64,000 nucleotides of DNA from Bacteroidales bacterium (lineage in GTDB: Bacteria; Bacteroidota; Bacteroidia; Bacteroidales; UBA7960): the NCBI GenBank assembly GCA_007134525.1, contig SLKR01000034.1, positions 204-64,203 on the forward strand. Reading direction: 5' to 3'. Made by a program: the position numbers and the translations under genes. The notes beneath the pieces were generated by a model. That model was given only the letters and a program-made list of their open reading frames with translations. It was not told where the DNA came from and made no database searches. This document shows, piece by piece, positions 1 through 9,206 of the stretch; within the stretch, counting starts at the first letter, position 1; each line of letters opens with the position of its first letter.

Positions 1-2611
1 CGATCAGGTTCGGGAAGAAGAAGTTTATTTCATCCGGCCGGGGAGCAGGTCTGTCATAACTCTGCAGGGATGCGGCAAGCCTCAGGCTGTGGTGCTTTGC
101 CAGGCCCGGGAACAGGGAGGTAAATCTCAGGGCAAATACCGACCCGGCATCATATCCAGAAAACGGTGTATGGCGGTAGTGCAGATCCAGCACCTGCCCC
201 CAGCGGGGCCTGAGGTCGCGAGCCACCGATCGCACCTGCCAGTGCCCGCTTAACCTGTGGCGCAGGCTTATTACATTGTTCGGTATAAGGTTTTCGGGTG
301 CATCATCCCCGGGCAGGGCCTGACTGATGCTCAGCTGCGAGGAAGGGGTCAGTCCGTAAAATATGTGGCCCCTGCGGAAATTAAGGGGCAAGATTGCACC
401 GGCCCTTACCGAATGTTCCTTCCACAGGAAGGAGAGGGTCCGGCCCGTAGCTCCCTCCTCAGTATAGTATGATCGCCTCCTGCCGCTCGAGGCTGAAATA
501 TTCATCACCGGATAATGCCCCGCATAGGAGTAGTCAGCATAATACTCTCCCAGTTTTTCGTTTACATCCCACTTATAACCTGCTGCCAGTACCGAGGTAC
601 TCAGGTGGTTCTGCGAGAATACCGACAGGCCCGGATTTATCTCCTGGTTATCGACATTTACCGAATAGGGGCCCCATGAATGGAAGTTGAACAAATTTCT
701 CAACTTGCTGTAATCGCTTACAATGTATTCGTTGCGCGGGATTTTCTCCTCCGAGACCAGGCCTGTCTCCTGTGCGGCCAGTACACGGTGAAAGCCTGCA
801 GAGTGGTCCTCAACCATGGCTAGTGGTTTGGGGATGAGACTTTCTGTCTCTGATACCACTGCATTGTAACCAAGGGAGGTATAGTCGGACCATGCAATGG
901 CCCGGTCTCCCGGGCAGGTTATGGCATCAACGGCCCCGAAGCGGGAGGATACAAGCTTTCCCGCCTCACCGCTTCCTGTATCCAGAAGGTAGATATTTTC
1001 GATACCTGAGAATGCACCATTGAAAACCAGGTTGCCACCGGCAGTGTAGCGCGGCCTGGATATGTCTGTATGCCCTGCATGGAAAAGGGTCCGGACATTT
1101 CCATTTTCTGTATCAACCGATATTATCCTCTTGCCTTCCCCGTCCTGGGCCGTCAGCACCACAGAAACACCGCCGGGGTGCCACCCGGGCTGCATGAGGT
1201 AGGCATTTCCAGGCAATGACAGCCTGAATATCTCATTACCGTTTTCAGTATCAATAATAAGTAGTGAGTACTCATCCAGTGAAGTTACCTCCGTAACGGC
1301 TATCCTGCTGCCACCGGGCGATACTGACGGCGAAAAGTACCTGGTGCCCCGGGTGATTTTCTGCCTTTTACCCGTTGACATATTAAATGTGTGTATCTCC
1401 GACCAGCTGCGGTGGATCCAGCGCGGATCCATGCGTATCTCGCTCCATGCAACGATATCCCCGCCCAGTGAAAACACTTCTGAGTTATAAAAGCCGGGAG
1501 TGAACAGAACCTCCTCCTCCCCTTCCAGGGAGAGAAGAACGACCCTTGGTATGTCTTTCATACCCGTTTTAAGTGCCAGCATTGTTGAATCATCCCTGAA
1601 TGCAATGGGACGGTAGTTTGTAAACAGCTCTTTCCCGGGATTAATGACACTAAACGGAGTATATTCATGTTTTCTCTCCTGTGCCGACCAAATTGAATCG
1701 AGCCGCTGCATACTCATTTTGTAGTAGCTCCTGACACTGTGACCAGTAATTTTTTTAAGGGCCAGCGATAAAGGCTTTACAGTATAGGGGCGCCTGGCGA
1801 TATTGTCAATTACCCCGTCCCATACATCCCCTCCGTGTTCTGCCCTTGCCGAGGCTACAAGCTGGTAACCCAGCTCGTAGTGGTTGGGCACATGATCCCT
1901 TAGCGAACCAACCTTAGCCTTGTCATAGGGGTATATTTCCCTTTCCAGCACCTGTGCCCTTAATCCCTGCTCGAAACCGGGCTGCCTTCCCCTTCCTCCG
2001 TATGTAAGGGCTGTCTCCACAGCCACAGCATCACCCTCCAGGAACCATAAAGGCATGAATAGTCCAAGAGCAACGCCGGTTGCGTGCTCCCCGAAAACCT
2101 TTGAAAACAGCCCTGTAAGCCCCTGGTTAAGCTTGTCAATCTGCACCACATGGCGGAACTCATGCACTGCAAGCCGCTCAAGCCATCCGTGGGGGTCATT
2201 GTCCGGGGGAGGGTTGGTGAACATCTCCAGGCGGGCCGGTGCCCAGCTCACAAAACCGTTGGGTACAACTGTCCGGTTGTGGATTATAACTGGCACGCTC
2301 CGGGGCCTGTGGCCCAGGGTGGCAGAGCCGTGATCGTAGCTGTATTCGAGGATGTCGGCAATATATGCCGCCCTTTCCCGGTATTCTTCCGGGAATATAA
2401 GCCTGAAGTTGGGGCTGTCTATCTGCTTCCAGCTGATGCCTGAGGGGTCCTGCCCGTAAATGTGGTACTGCGACCAGGCAGGCAGGGCCTGGGCAATGAG
2501 TATCAGTGCAGCAATAAGCGACCATGTCCGTTTGAAGTACCCCCAGAGCCTATCCGATGCGGGTGGTGGAGCCTTGATACTCAGCTCCTCCTTCCTTACG
2601 GGGTGTTCCAT
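1..2611 (-). CDS. Exported/outer-membrane-type protein whose 3' end lies beyond the window. It has a signal peptide, an HExxH metallopeptidase-like region, PD40/TolB-like beta-propeller repeats and a beta-strand-rich C-terminal part.
   Basis: Absent from the ORF track because it runs off the left edge. Manual minus-strand translation gives an open frame from 2611 to 1: MEHPVRKEELSIKAPPPASDRLWGYFKRTWSLIAALILIAQALPAWSQYHIYGQDPSG...LERLAVHEFRHVVQIDK...YFSPSVSPGGSRIAVTEV...NFHSWGPYSVNV... The start is uncertain, because ATG 2611 lies inside the RluA C-terminus (see findings). Confidence 0.6.
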   Translation of the reverse strand, partial: MEHPVRKEELSIKAPPPASDRLWGYFKRTWSLIAALILIAQALPAWSQYHIYGQDPSGISWKQIDSPNFRLIFPEEYRERAAYIADILEYSYDHGSATLGHRPRSVPVIIHNRTVVPNGFVSWAPARLEMFTNPPPDNDPHGWLERLAVHEFRHVVQIDKLNQGLTGLFSKVFGEHATGVALGLFMPLWFLEGDAVAVETALTYGGRGRQPGFEQGLRAQVLEREIYPYDKAKVGSLRDHVPNHYELGYQLVASARAEHGGDVWDGVIDNIARRPYTVKPLSLALKKITGHSVRSYYKMSMQRLDSIWSAQERKHEYTPFSVINPGKELFTNYRPIAFRDDSTMLALKTGMKDIPRVVLLSLEGEEEVLFTPGFYNSEVFSLGGDIVAWSEIRMDPRWIHRSWSEIHTFNMSTGKRQKITRGTRYFSPSVSPGGSRIAVTEVTSLDEYSLLIIDTENGNEIFRLSLPGNAYLMQPGWHPGGVSVVLTAQDGEGKRIISVDTENGNVRTLFHAGHTDISRPRYTAGGNLVFNGAFSGIENIYLLDTGSGEAGKLVSSRFGAVDAITCPGDRAIAWSDYTSLGYNAVVSETESLIPKPLAMVEDHSAGFHRVLAAQETGLVSEEKIPRNEYIVSDYSKLRNLFNFHSWGPYSVNVDNQEINPGLSVFSQNHLSTSVLAAGYKWDVNEKLGEYYADYSYAGHYPVMNISASSGRRRSYYTEEGATGRTLSFLWKEHSVRAGAILPLNFRRGHIFYGLTPSSQLSISQALPGDDAPENLIPNNVISLRHRLSGHWQVRSVARDLRPRWGQVLDLHYRHTPFSGYDAGSVFALRFTSLFPGLAKHHSLRLAASLQSYDRPAPRPDEINFFFPNLI

Positions 2612-3223
2612 GCTGACTCTCAGTGCGTGAAGATGAATACTGCCGTCGGGGTTTGAACGCGGTGAACCGTACTTTAAATCTCCTTTTACAGGGCAGCCCA
2701 TAGCCGAGAGCTGGACACGTATCTGGTGATGGCGGCCGGTAATTAGCTTCACCCTTAAAAGATGGTATCTATCACTGCTGCCCTCGAGGCTGTATCTGAG
2801 TTCGGCCCTTTTTGCCCCGGGAGTGCCCTCTTTTACAACGTATGACTTATTCTGTTTTTCGTTCTTTTTGAGGTAGTGGATAAGGTGGCCGCTATTTTGT
2901 TCAGGCTTGTTCTGCACAATGGCAAGATAGGTCTTTTCAAGCTGCCTTTGTTTGATAAGTTCGTTTGTCCGGGAAAGGGCCTTGGATGTGCGGGCAAACA
3001 GCACGGCACCTGAGACGGGACGGTCCAGCCTGTGTATCACGCCGAGAAATACATTTCCCGGCTTGTTGTACTTGTTGCGGATATACTCCTTTACCAGATC
3101 GGGCAGAGTGGTATCGCCCGTTATATCACCCTGGGTGATCTCTGAGGGAAGCTTGTTTACTGCTATAAGGTGATTATCCTCATAAAGGACCCTTTCGGCA
3201 ATGCTGTTGGATAAAGGATCCAT
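2531..3223 (-). CDS. RluA-family pseudouridine synthase. The coordinates mark the extent of homology, because the ORF has no stop codon of its own.
   Basis: Manual translation from ATG 3223, which has an in-frame TAA just upstream: MDPLSNSIAERVLYEDNHLIAVNKLPSE...GVIHRLDRPVSGAVLFARTSKA...LITGRHHQIRVQLSAMGCPVKGDLKYG...IHLHALRVSMEHPVRKEELSIKAPPP. It carries the HRLD catalytic-Asp motif and the GRxHQIR motif typical of the RluA/RsuA superfamily. Confidence 0.8.
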
Positions 3224-3235
3224 GGGGTATATGGA

Positions 3236-4048
3236 TTAGTACTGCTCCTTTTCGTTGGGGAACTTTCTCTCCTTTACGTCGCCTATATAGTTCTCAACCG
3301 ATTTTTTTATCTCCTCATACAGGTTATTGTAGCGGCGCAGGAACCGGGGGGAGAATTCCTGGTTGATGCCGAGCATGTCGTGCAGCACCAGTACCTGGCC
3401 GTCAACCTGGCTGCCTGCACCTATGCCGATTGTCGGTATACTTATCTCCCTGGTAACCTTCTCTGCCAGCACCGCAGGTATCTTCTCCAGCACCAGTGCA
3501 AAGCAACCGGCTTCCGCCAGGAGGCGGGCATCCTCCACAAGCTTTGTGGCCTCTTCCTCCTGTGTGGCACGCACCACATAGGTCCCGAACTTGTTGATCG
3601 ACTGGGGTGTAAGGCCAAGGTGCCCCATTACCGGTATGCCTGCCGAGAGGATTCGGTGGGCAGATTCAATTATCTCACTGCCACCCTCAAGCTTTACTGC
3701 ATTGGCGTTTGACTCCTTCATGATGCGTATTGCCGACAACAGAGCCTCCCGGCTGTTGCCCTGGTAGGTGCCAAATGGCATGTCAACCACAACCAGGGCC
3801 CTGGACACCGCCCTCATAACCGAGGATGCATGATATATCATCTCGTTGAGGGTAATTGGCAGGGTTGTCTTGTATCCCGCCATTACATTTGCGGCTGAGT
3901 CGCCCACAAGTATCACATCTATTCCGGCACGGTCGACAATGCGTGCCATGGAGTAGTCATAGGCAGTAAGCATTGAAATCTTCTCCTGCTTAAGCTTCAT
4001 CTCCTGCAGGACGTGAGTTGTAACCTTGGTAGCTTTTGAGGACTTCAT
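3236..4048 (-). CDS. panB: 3-methyl-2-oxobutanoate hydroxymethyltransferase (ketopantoate hydroxymethyltransferase)
   Basis: 270-aa ORF. It contains [41 protein letters not shown] and GHLGLTPQS, which match PanB along its full length. Confidence 0.95.
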   Translation of the reverse strand: MKSSKATKVTTHVLQEMKLKQEKISMLTAYDYSMARIVDRAGIDVILVGDSAANVMAGYKTTLPITLNEMIYHASSVMRAVSRALVVVDMPFGTYQGNSREALLSAIRIMKESNANAVKLEGGSEIIESAHRILSAGIPVMGHLGLTPQSINKFGTYVVRATQEEEATKLVEDARLLAEAGCFALVLEKIPAVLAEKVTREISIPTIGIGAGSQVDGQVLVLHDMLGINQEFSPRFLRRYNNLYEEIKKSVENYIGDVKERKFPNEKEQY

Positions 4049-4093
4049 GATCTCTATCTTGTTTGGTCAAGGAAACAAATTTAACGTATTTTT

Positions 4094-5560
4094 GTGAACA
4101 AAGCAGTCGGTATGGAGTGGAAAACAGAGAAACTGGTAAGTGAACTATTTTACTCCTGGAGCGGAGAAAGGCCCTGGGAGGTTCAGCCACTGCCCCCTTC
4201 AGGCTCGCAGAGGAAGTATTTCAGGATGAAAAGGGGCAATATTTCAGTGATCGGGGCCTTCAACCCGGATAAGAGGGAGAACAGGGCCTTTACAGAACTA
4301 ACCGCACTGTTTTCATCAATGGGCCTTCCGGTACCCGAACTGCTTGCCAAAGACCTGGAATCGCACTGTTATATTGTCTCCGACCTGGGTGACACAACCC
4401 TTTTCTCATTGCTGCCCCACGGGGATGACACCGCTGAGTTCTCCGGCGAAATAATGGGCCACTACAAAAGGGCCATTGAACTACTCCCCTCATTCCAGGT
4501 GGATGCCGCCCCCAGGGTAGATTTCAGCATATGTTACCCGAGGCACTCCTTCGATCGCCAGTCGATGATGTGGGATCTTAACTATTTCAAATACTACTAT
4601 CTGAAGGTCTCAGGTGTGCCCTTTGACGAACAGCTCCTTGAGGACGACTTCAACCGCCTTGTAAACAGGCTGCTGGAACTTGACAGTGAATACTTCATGT
4701 ACCGGGATTTTCAGTCAAGGAATATAATGATAACCCCCGGCGGTCCTTTCTTTATCGACTACCAGGGAGGCCGTAAAGGCCCATTGGGCTACGATGCGGC
4801 CTCGCTTATCTTTGATGCGAAGGCAAACATACCATTCCACCAGAGGGAGGAGATGCTTGAATACTATATTGACTGCCTTGGCAAAAAGATCAAACTAAAC
4901 AGGCAAGACTTCAGAGACTCCTTTTATGATCTTGCCGTAATGCGGATTGTTCAGGCACTCGGCACTTACGGGTTCAGGGGAGGTGTTGAGAAAAAACCAC
5001 TCTTTTTGCAGAGCATACCCTTTGCCCTTAAAAACATAGCCTGGCTGGGCGACAACGGGCATCTGCCCCCATATACGCCCTATCTTTCAGGCATCCTGCG
5101 TGAATTAGCGGCCAAAAAGGCCGGAGAGATACTACCCACTCCCGACGACGGACTTACGGTGCGCATCTGCAGCTTTTCCTACAGAAAGGGGATACCTGCC
5201 GACAACTCGGGCAATGGAGGGGGCTTCGTGTTCGATTGCCGCGCCCTGCCAAACCCAGGGAGGGAAGAAAGATACAGGGCCCTTACAGGGCTCGACGGGG
5301 AGGTCATTGACCTGCTGTCGGCCGACAGCAGTGTTGAGGCATTCCTGGAAGCGGCAGCATCGATGGTATACAGCACCACAGAGAAATACACCGAGAGGGG
5401 ATTTACCAGCCTGGCGGTATGCTTCGGCTGCACCGGCGGACAGCACCGCTCGGTATACTGTTCGGAAGAACTTGCCCGGAGGCTGAAGGAAAAATATGAT
5501 GTGAACGTGGTTATTCAGCATTTTGAGCGTGAGAACTGGCCGAAACCAAAACAAGCTTAG
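4094..5560 (+). CDS. Fusion protein: an AmgK-like anomeric sugar kinase (aminoglycoside-phosphotransferase fold) at the N-terminus and a RapZ-type domain at the C-terminus
   Basis: The N-terminal half has the Brenner-type kinase motif YRDFQSRNIMI and FFIDYQGGRKGPLGYDAASL. The C-terminal ~150 aa reads VRICSFSYRKGIPADNSGNGGGFVFDCRALPNPGREERYRALTGLDG...FGCTGGQHRSVYCSEELARRL, which matches the E. coli RapZ C-terminal domain (FDVRFLPNPHW...IGCTGGKHRSVY). The track start at 4094 is GTG and overlaps a TATTTTTG -7 box (4087-4094), so ATG 4112 (MEWKTEK) is the more likely start. Confidence 0.75.
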   Translation: MNKAVGMEWKTEKLVSELFYSWSGERPWEVQPLPPSGSQRKYFRMKRGNISVIGAFNPDKRENRAFTELTALFSSMGLPVPELLAKDLESHCYIVSDLGDTTLFSLLPHGDDTAEFSGEIMGHYKRAIELLPSFQVDAAPRVDFSICYPRHSFDRQSMMWDLNYFKYYYLKVSGVPFDEQLLEDDFNRLVNRLLELDSEYFMYRDFQSRNIMITPGGPFFIDYQGGRKGPLGYDAASLIFDAKANIPFHQREEMLEYYIDCLGKKIKLNRQDFRDSFYDLAVMRIVQALGTYGFRGGVEKKPLFLQSIPFALKNIAWLGDNGHLPPYTPYLSGILRELAAKKAGEILPTPDDGLTVRICSFSYRKGIPADNSGNGGGFVFDCRALPNPGREERYRALTGLDGEVIDLLSADSSVEAFLEAAASMVYSTTEKYTERGFTSLAVCFGCTGGQHRSVYCSEELARRLKEKYDVNVVIQHFERENWPKPKQA

Positions 5561-5566
5561 CAAAGT

Positions 5567-6307
5567 ATGAAGGCATTGATATTTGCTGCAGGGTTTGGCA
5601 GCCGCCTCAGGCCGCTGACCGACAATATACCGAAGGCGATGGTAAGGGTCGGCGGCAAAACGATGCTGGAATGGGTGGCTGAAAAACTGATTGCAGCAGG
5701 GGTTAGCGATATAGTCGTCAATGTGCATCATCGCGGCAGGATGCTTGAAAATTTTATATTCAGCCTCGACTATCCCGGCATCAGATTCCATATATCAGAC
5801 GAAAAAGAGAAACTGCTGGATACCGGTGGCGGGCTTAAAAAGGCTGAGAGCATGCTAAAGGGCGAAGGGCCCTTTTTTATACACAATGTTGATGTTCTGA
5901 GTGACATAAGCCTTACCAGTATGCTTTCAACGCACCTTGAAAAACGGCCGCTTGCCACCCTGGCAGTAAGCAGAAGGGAAAGCAGCCGCCGCTTTTTGTG
6001 GCAGGATGGTTTGCTAACAGGCTGGGAGAACCGTATCAGCGGAGAGAGGATCTTTTGCAGGGAAGAAAGTTTGGACGGTTTTGAGCCACTGGCATTCAGC
6101 GGCGTCCATTTAGTGGAACCATCTGTATTTGAGCTGATAAAGGAGAAAGGGGCATTTTCAATAAACTCCCTCTACCTCCGGCTCGCAGAGAACCACCCCA
6201 TAATGGCCTTCAGGCACGATGCCGGCAACTGGGCAGATATAGGCACACCCGAAAAGTTAATAAGGGCCGGGAGGCTTATGGCAGCAAACCCCGGAATATT
6301 CAGATGA
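5567..6307 (+). CDS. MurU-like sugar-1-phosphate nucleotidyltransferase
   Basis: The N-terminus MKALIFAAGFGSRLRPLTDNIPKAMVRVGGKTMLEW carries the GxGxRLxPLT nucleotidyltransferase signature. The gene lies 6 nt downstream of the AmgK-like gene, the same pairing as amgK-murU. Confidence 0.8.
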   Translation: MKALIFAAGFGSRLRPLTDNIPKAMVRVGGKTMLEWVAEKLIAAGVSDIVVNVHHRGRMLENFIFSLDYPGIRFHISDEKEKLLDTGGGLKKAESMLKGEGPFFIHNVDVLSDISLTSMLSTHLEKRPLATLAVSRRESSRRFLWQDGLLTGWENRISGERIFCREESLDGFEPLAFSGVHLVEPSVFELIKEKGAFSINSLYLRLAENHPIMAFRHDAGNWADIGTPEKLIRAGRLMAANPGIFR

Positions 6308-6323
6308 CAAAAAAAATTATGCC

Positions 6324-9206
6324 ATGAGTACATTCCTTGAAGAAGTTACAGGGCATATTCTAAATAATTACGGCGACAAAACCGGCGATATCTGCATTGT
6401 TACCCCCAACCGCAGGGCAGGGCTGTTTTTCCGGAAGTATTTCGCTGCCGCTATCTCCTCGCCAATGTGGGCCCCTGAAATACTCAGCATTGAAGACTTT
6501 CTGAACAAGATCAGCGGGCTGTCAATATCCGACAGGCTGAGCCTGTTGCTGGAGTTTTACAATGTATACCGCGAAACAGAGGGCGATAGCGCCGACAGCG
6601 TGGATGTCTTTTTCACATGGGCCCCTGCCCTGTTGCACGACTTTGACGATGTTGACAGCGCAATGGCAGAACCCGGAAAGCTCTACTCCTACCTTGAGGA
6701 TATAAGGTATATAGATACATGGAACCCTGACGGATCGGAGCTTACCCCTTTCCAGAAGAACTACCTGGGTTTCGTGGGCAGGTTCGGGCACTACCACAGG
6801 ATCCTTGCATCAAGGATGATGGAAAAGAAGATGGCATGGCAGGGGCTGTCGTCGCGCCAGGCCGCCAGAATCATTTCTGAAGGCGGGGCAGCACTGCCAT
6901 GGGAAAAGATAATCTTCACGGGTTTTAACGCCCTTACCCAGGCAGAGGAGAGTGTGATAGACAGTCTTCTGAAACAGAAAAAAGCAGAATTTATAAGCGA
7001 CTCCGACCCCTATTACGAGAACGACCAGGCTCATGAGGCAGGCCGCTTTATCCGCAAGTACCGGAATAAATTCCCGGGCAGGGCTGAAAAAAAAGAAAAG
7101 AGCTACTTCAGCTCCCCGAAAAAGATCAGGATATACGGGGTGGCAAAGAATGTAAACCAGGCCAGGCTTGCAGGAAACATAATCAGCGACACCACTGGCC
7201 CAAACACAGATGAGAACACAGCCGTTGTGCTTGCCAATGAGGATCTGCTTATTCCCGTACTGAACTCCCTGCCCCCCGAACAGCAGAACATAAATGTGAC
7301 CATGGGTTACCCCCTGTCAAAGACAAATATGTTTGAGTTCTTCGACACCATTTTCAACCTCCACCTAAGGGCAGTAATGCCTGAAGGGAAGAAAGAGCCT
7401 GAGTTCTATTACAAGGATCTGCAGAGGCTTTTCTCCCACAGCAGTACAAGACTCCTGTGGGATAAAGACAAAGGCGGTGAGTGGTCGAGGGAACTGCTCA
7501 GGCAGCTGGGAAGATCGAACCTGGGCTTCTGCGGATATACAGAACTTCAGAAACTTTCAGGCAGCCGGGTTTTTCCCGGGATATTCTCCTTCCTCAGGGA
7601 AAACTGGCAAAAAGACCCTGCAGGCATATTCGGTGTATTTACCGGGATCACCGCCAGGCTCGACAGCCTGCTCAGGGAAAAGGCAGGCAGCCAGGGGAGC
7701 GATATTGTAAACACCCCTTTCTTTGTAGATTTTGAGTCGCTCTATTATTTTGCAAGGATATTCCGTCAGATGGAAAACTTCATGGAGCGCTTTCCATTTA
7801 TTTCCACACTAAGGATACTGCACCGGCTTACAAGGCATGCTGGTGCCGAAACCAGGCTTTCCTTCTCAGGAGAACCACTAAAGGGGCTGCAGGTGATGGG
7901 TATGCTGGAAACCCGCAGCCTTGACTTTAAAAACATCATTCTGCTTTCGGTAAACGAGGATATACTTCCCAAAAAGAAAAGCAGTAACTCGATGATCCCA
8001 TACGAAGTAAGGAAGAGCTTCGGGCTCAGGCTATACCACGACCAGGATGCCATCTATTCATACCATTTTTACCGTCTGCTGCAGAGGGCAGAAAATATTT
8101 ACCTGGTCTATAACACCCAGGCACAGGATATAGGCAGCAACGAGAAGAGCCGCTTTATTACCCAGCTGCAGTATGAGCTCCAGTCTTTCAGCCCGGCCAC
8201 AGATATCAGGGAGGAGATCATTCCCCTTAAGCCACCTGCCGGTCAGAAAGAGGAGGGTATTATCATCCCCAAAACGGATGACATCTTAGAAAAGCTATAC
8301 AAGGCAGCACAAAGGGGATTCTCTCCCTCTGCACTCAGCACCTATATAAACTGCCCGCTGCAGTTCTATTTTGAGAGGGTGCTGCGAATAGAAGAGTCCG
8401 AAGATGTGGAGGAGACCATGGAGGCAAGGACCATCGGCACAATAGTGCACGGGGTTATGGAAGACCTTTACAGGCCTTTTGCAGGCGGGGTCATAGTGGC
8501 TGATGATATAGACAGCATGTCAGGGCATCTCGGCACCGCCCTTGAAAAGCGATTCGAACAGGAGTATGCAGGCGGCAACATCGCATATGGCAAGAACTAC
8601 CTGTTGTCGAAGCTTACCAGAAGATATATAGAGAATATACTCAAGGAAGAAAAAAGAATGCTCTTAAGGTGGGCAGGTGAAGGCAGGGCCTTACAAATAC
8701 TCGGGCTGGAAAGCTTCCTGAGGGCAAGTATGACTGTCAGCACCGCTGAAGGAAACAAAAGTGTTGTCATACACGGCAAGGCCGACAGGATTGATATGCT
8801 TGGGGGTGTGACAAGGGTGATAGACTACAAGACAGGAAAGGTTGAGGGCTCCGCACTCTCTTTCAATGAATGGGGGGCACCATTTGAAAACAGCGAAAAA
8901 GCAAAAAACTTCCAGCTGCTGTGCTACGCATGGCTCTACCACAAGAACCATCCGGAAGCGGCCTCTGTTGAACCTGGCATAATATCGACCAGGCAGGCGG
9001 GCAGAGGTTTGCAGACCATGAAATTTCCGGGAGGAAAAGGAGCGCTCGGACCTGCAGAACTGCAAAATACAGAACAGGAGCTTTCCTCACTTATATCCGT
9101 AATAATGGACCCTGATATCCCGTTTGAGCAGTGCATGGAAGAGAAAAACTGCACCTACTGCCCCTTTACCAATGTATGCAATAGATTTGTATCTAAAAAG
9201 AGCTGA
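6324..9206 (+). CDS. AddB-like PD-(D/E)XK nuclease family protein with a C-terminal Cys cluster
   Basis: 960 aa. The C-terminal nuclease region has CPLQFYFERV...GKADRIDMLGGVTRVIDYKTGK...QLLCYAW...CTYCPFTNVC, a RecB-type D...D/ExK motif flanked by one and then three Cys as in AddB Fe-S nucleases. The N-terminal region is helicase-like and lacks a clear Walker A motif. Confidence 0.7.
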   Translation: MSTFLEEVTGHILNNYGDKTGDICIVTPNRRAGLFFRKYFAAAISSPMWAPEILSIEDFLNKISGLSISDRLSLLLEFYNVYRETEGDSADSVDVFFTWAPALLHDFDDVDSAMAEPGKLYSYLEDIRYIDTWNPDGSELTPFQKNYLGFVGRFGHYHRILASRMMEKKMAWQGLSSRQAARIISEGGAALPWEKIIFTGFNALTQAEESVIDSLLKQKKAEFISDSDPYYENDQAHEAGRFIRKYRNKFPGRAEKKEKSYFSSPKKIRIYGVAKNVNQARLAGNIISDTTGPNTDENTAVVLANEDLLIPVLNSLPPEQQNINVTMGYPLSKTNMFEFFDTIFNLHLRAVMPEGKKEPEFYYKDLQRLFSHSSTRLLWDKDKGGEWSRELLRQLGRSNLGFCGYTELQKLSGSRVFPGIFSFLRENWQKDPAGIFGVFTGITARLDSLLREKAGSQGSDIVNTPFFVDFESLYYFARIFRQMENFMERFPFISTLRILHRLTRHAGAETRLSFSGEPLKGLQVMGMLETRSLDFKNIILLSVNEDILPKKKSSNSMIPYEVRKSFGLRLYHDQDAIYSYHFYRLLQRAENIYLVYNTQAQDIGSNEKSRFITQLQYELQSFSPATDIREEIIPLKPPAGQKEEGIIIPKTDDILEKLYKAAQRGFSPSALSTYINCPLQFYFERVLRIEESEDVEETMEARTIGTIVHGVMEDLYRPFAGGVIVADDIDSMSGHLGTALEKRFEQEYAGGNIAYGKNYLLSKLTRRYIENILKEEKRMLLRWAGEGRALQILGLESFLRASMTVSTAEGNKSVVIHGKADRIDMLGGVTRVIDYKTGKVEGSALSFNEWGAPFENSEKAKNFQLLCYAWLYHKNHPEAASVEPGIISTRQAGRGLQTMKFPGGKGALGPAELQNTEQELSSLISVIMDPDIPFEQCMEEKNCTYCPFTNVCNRFVSKKS

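Noticed and set aside
2196-2525. A 109-aa minus-strand ORF starting at an ATG just after the end of RluA homology. I considered it as a possible true start frame of the downstream gene.
   Set aside because: Its translation (MVAYCCTDTHCPGPACLV...) has no signal peptide or motif and lies in a different frame from the long HExxH/PD40 ORF. It does not rescue a separate start for the downstream gene.
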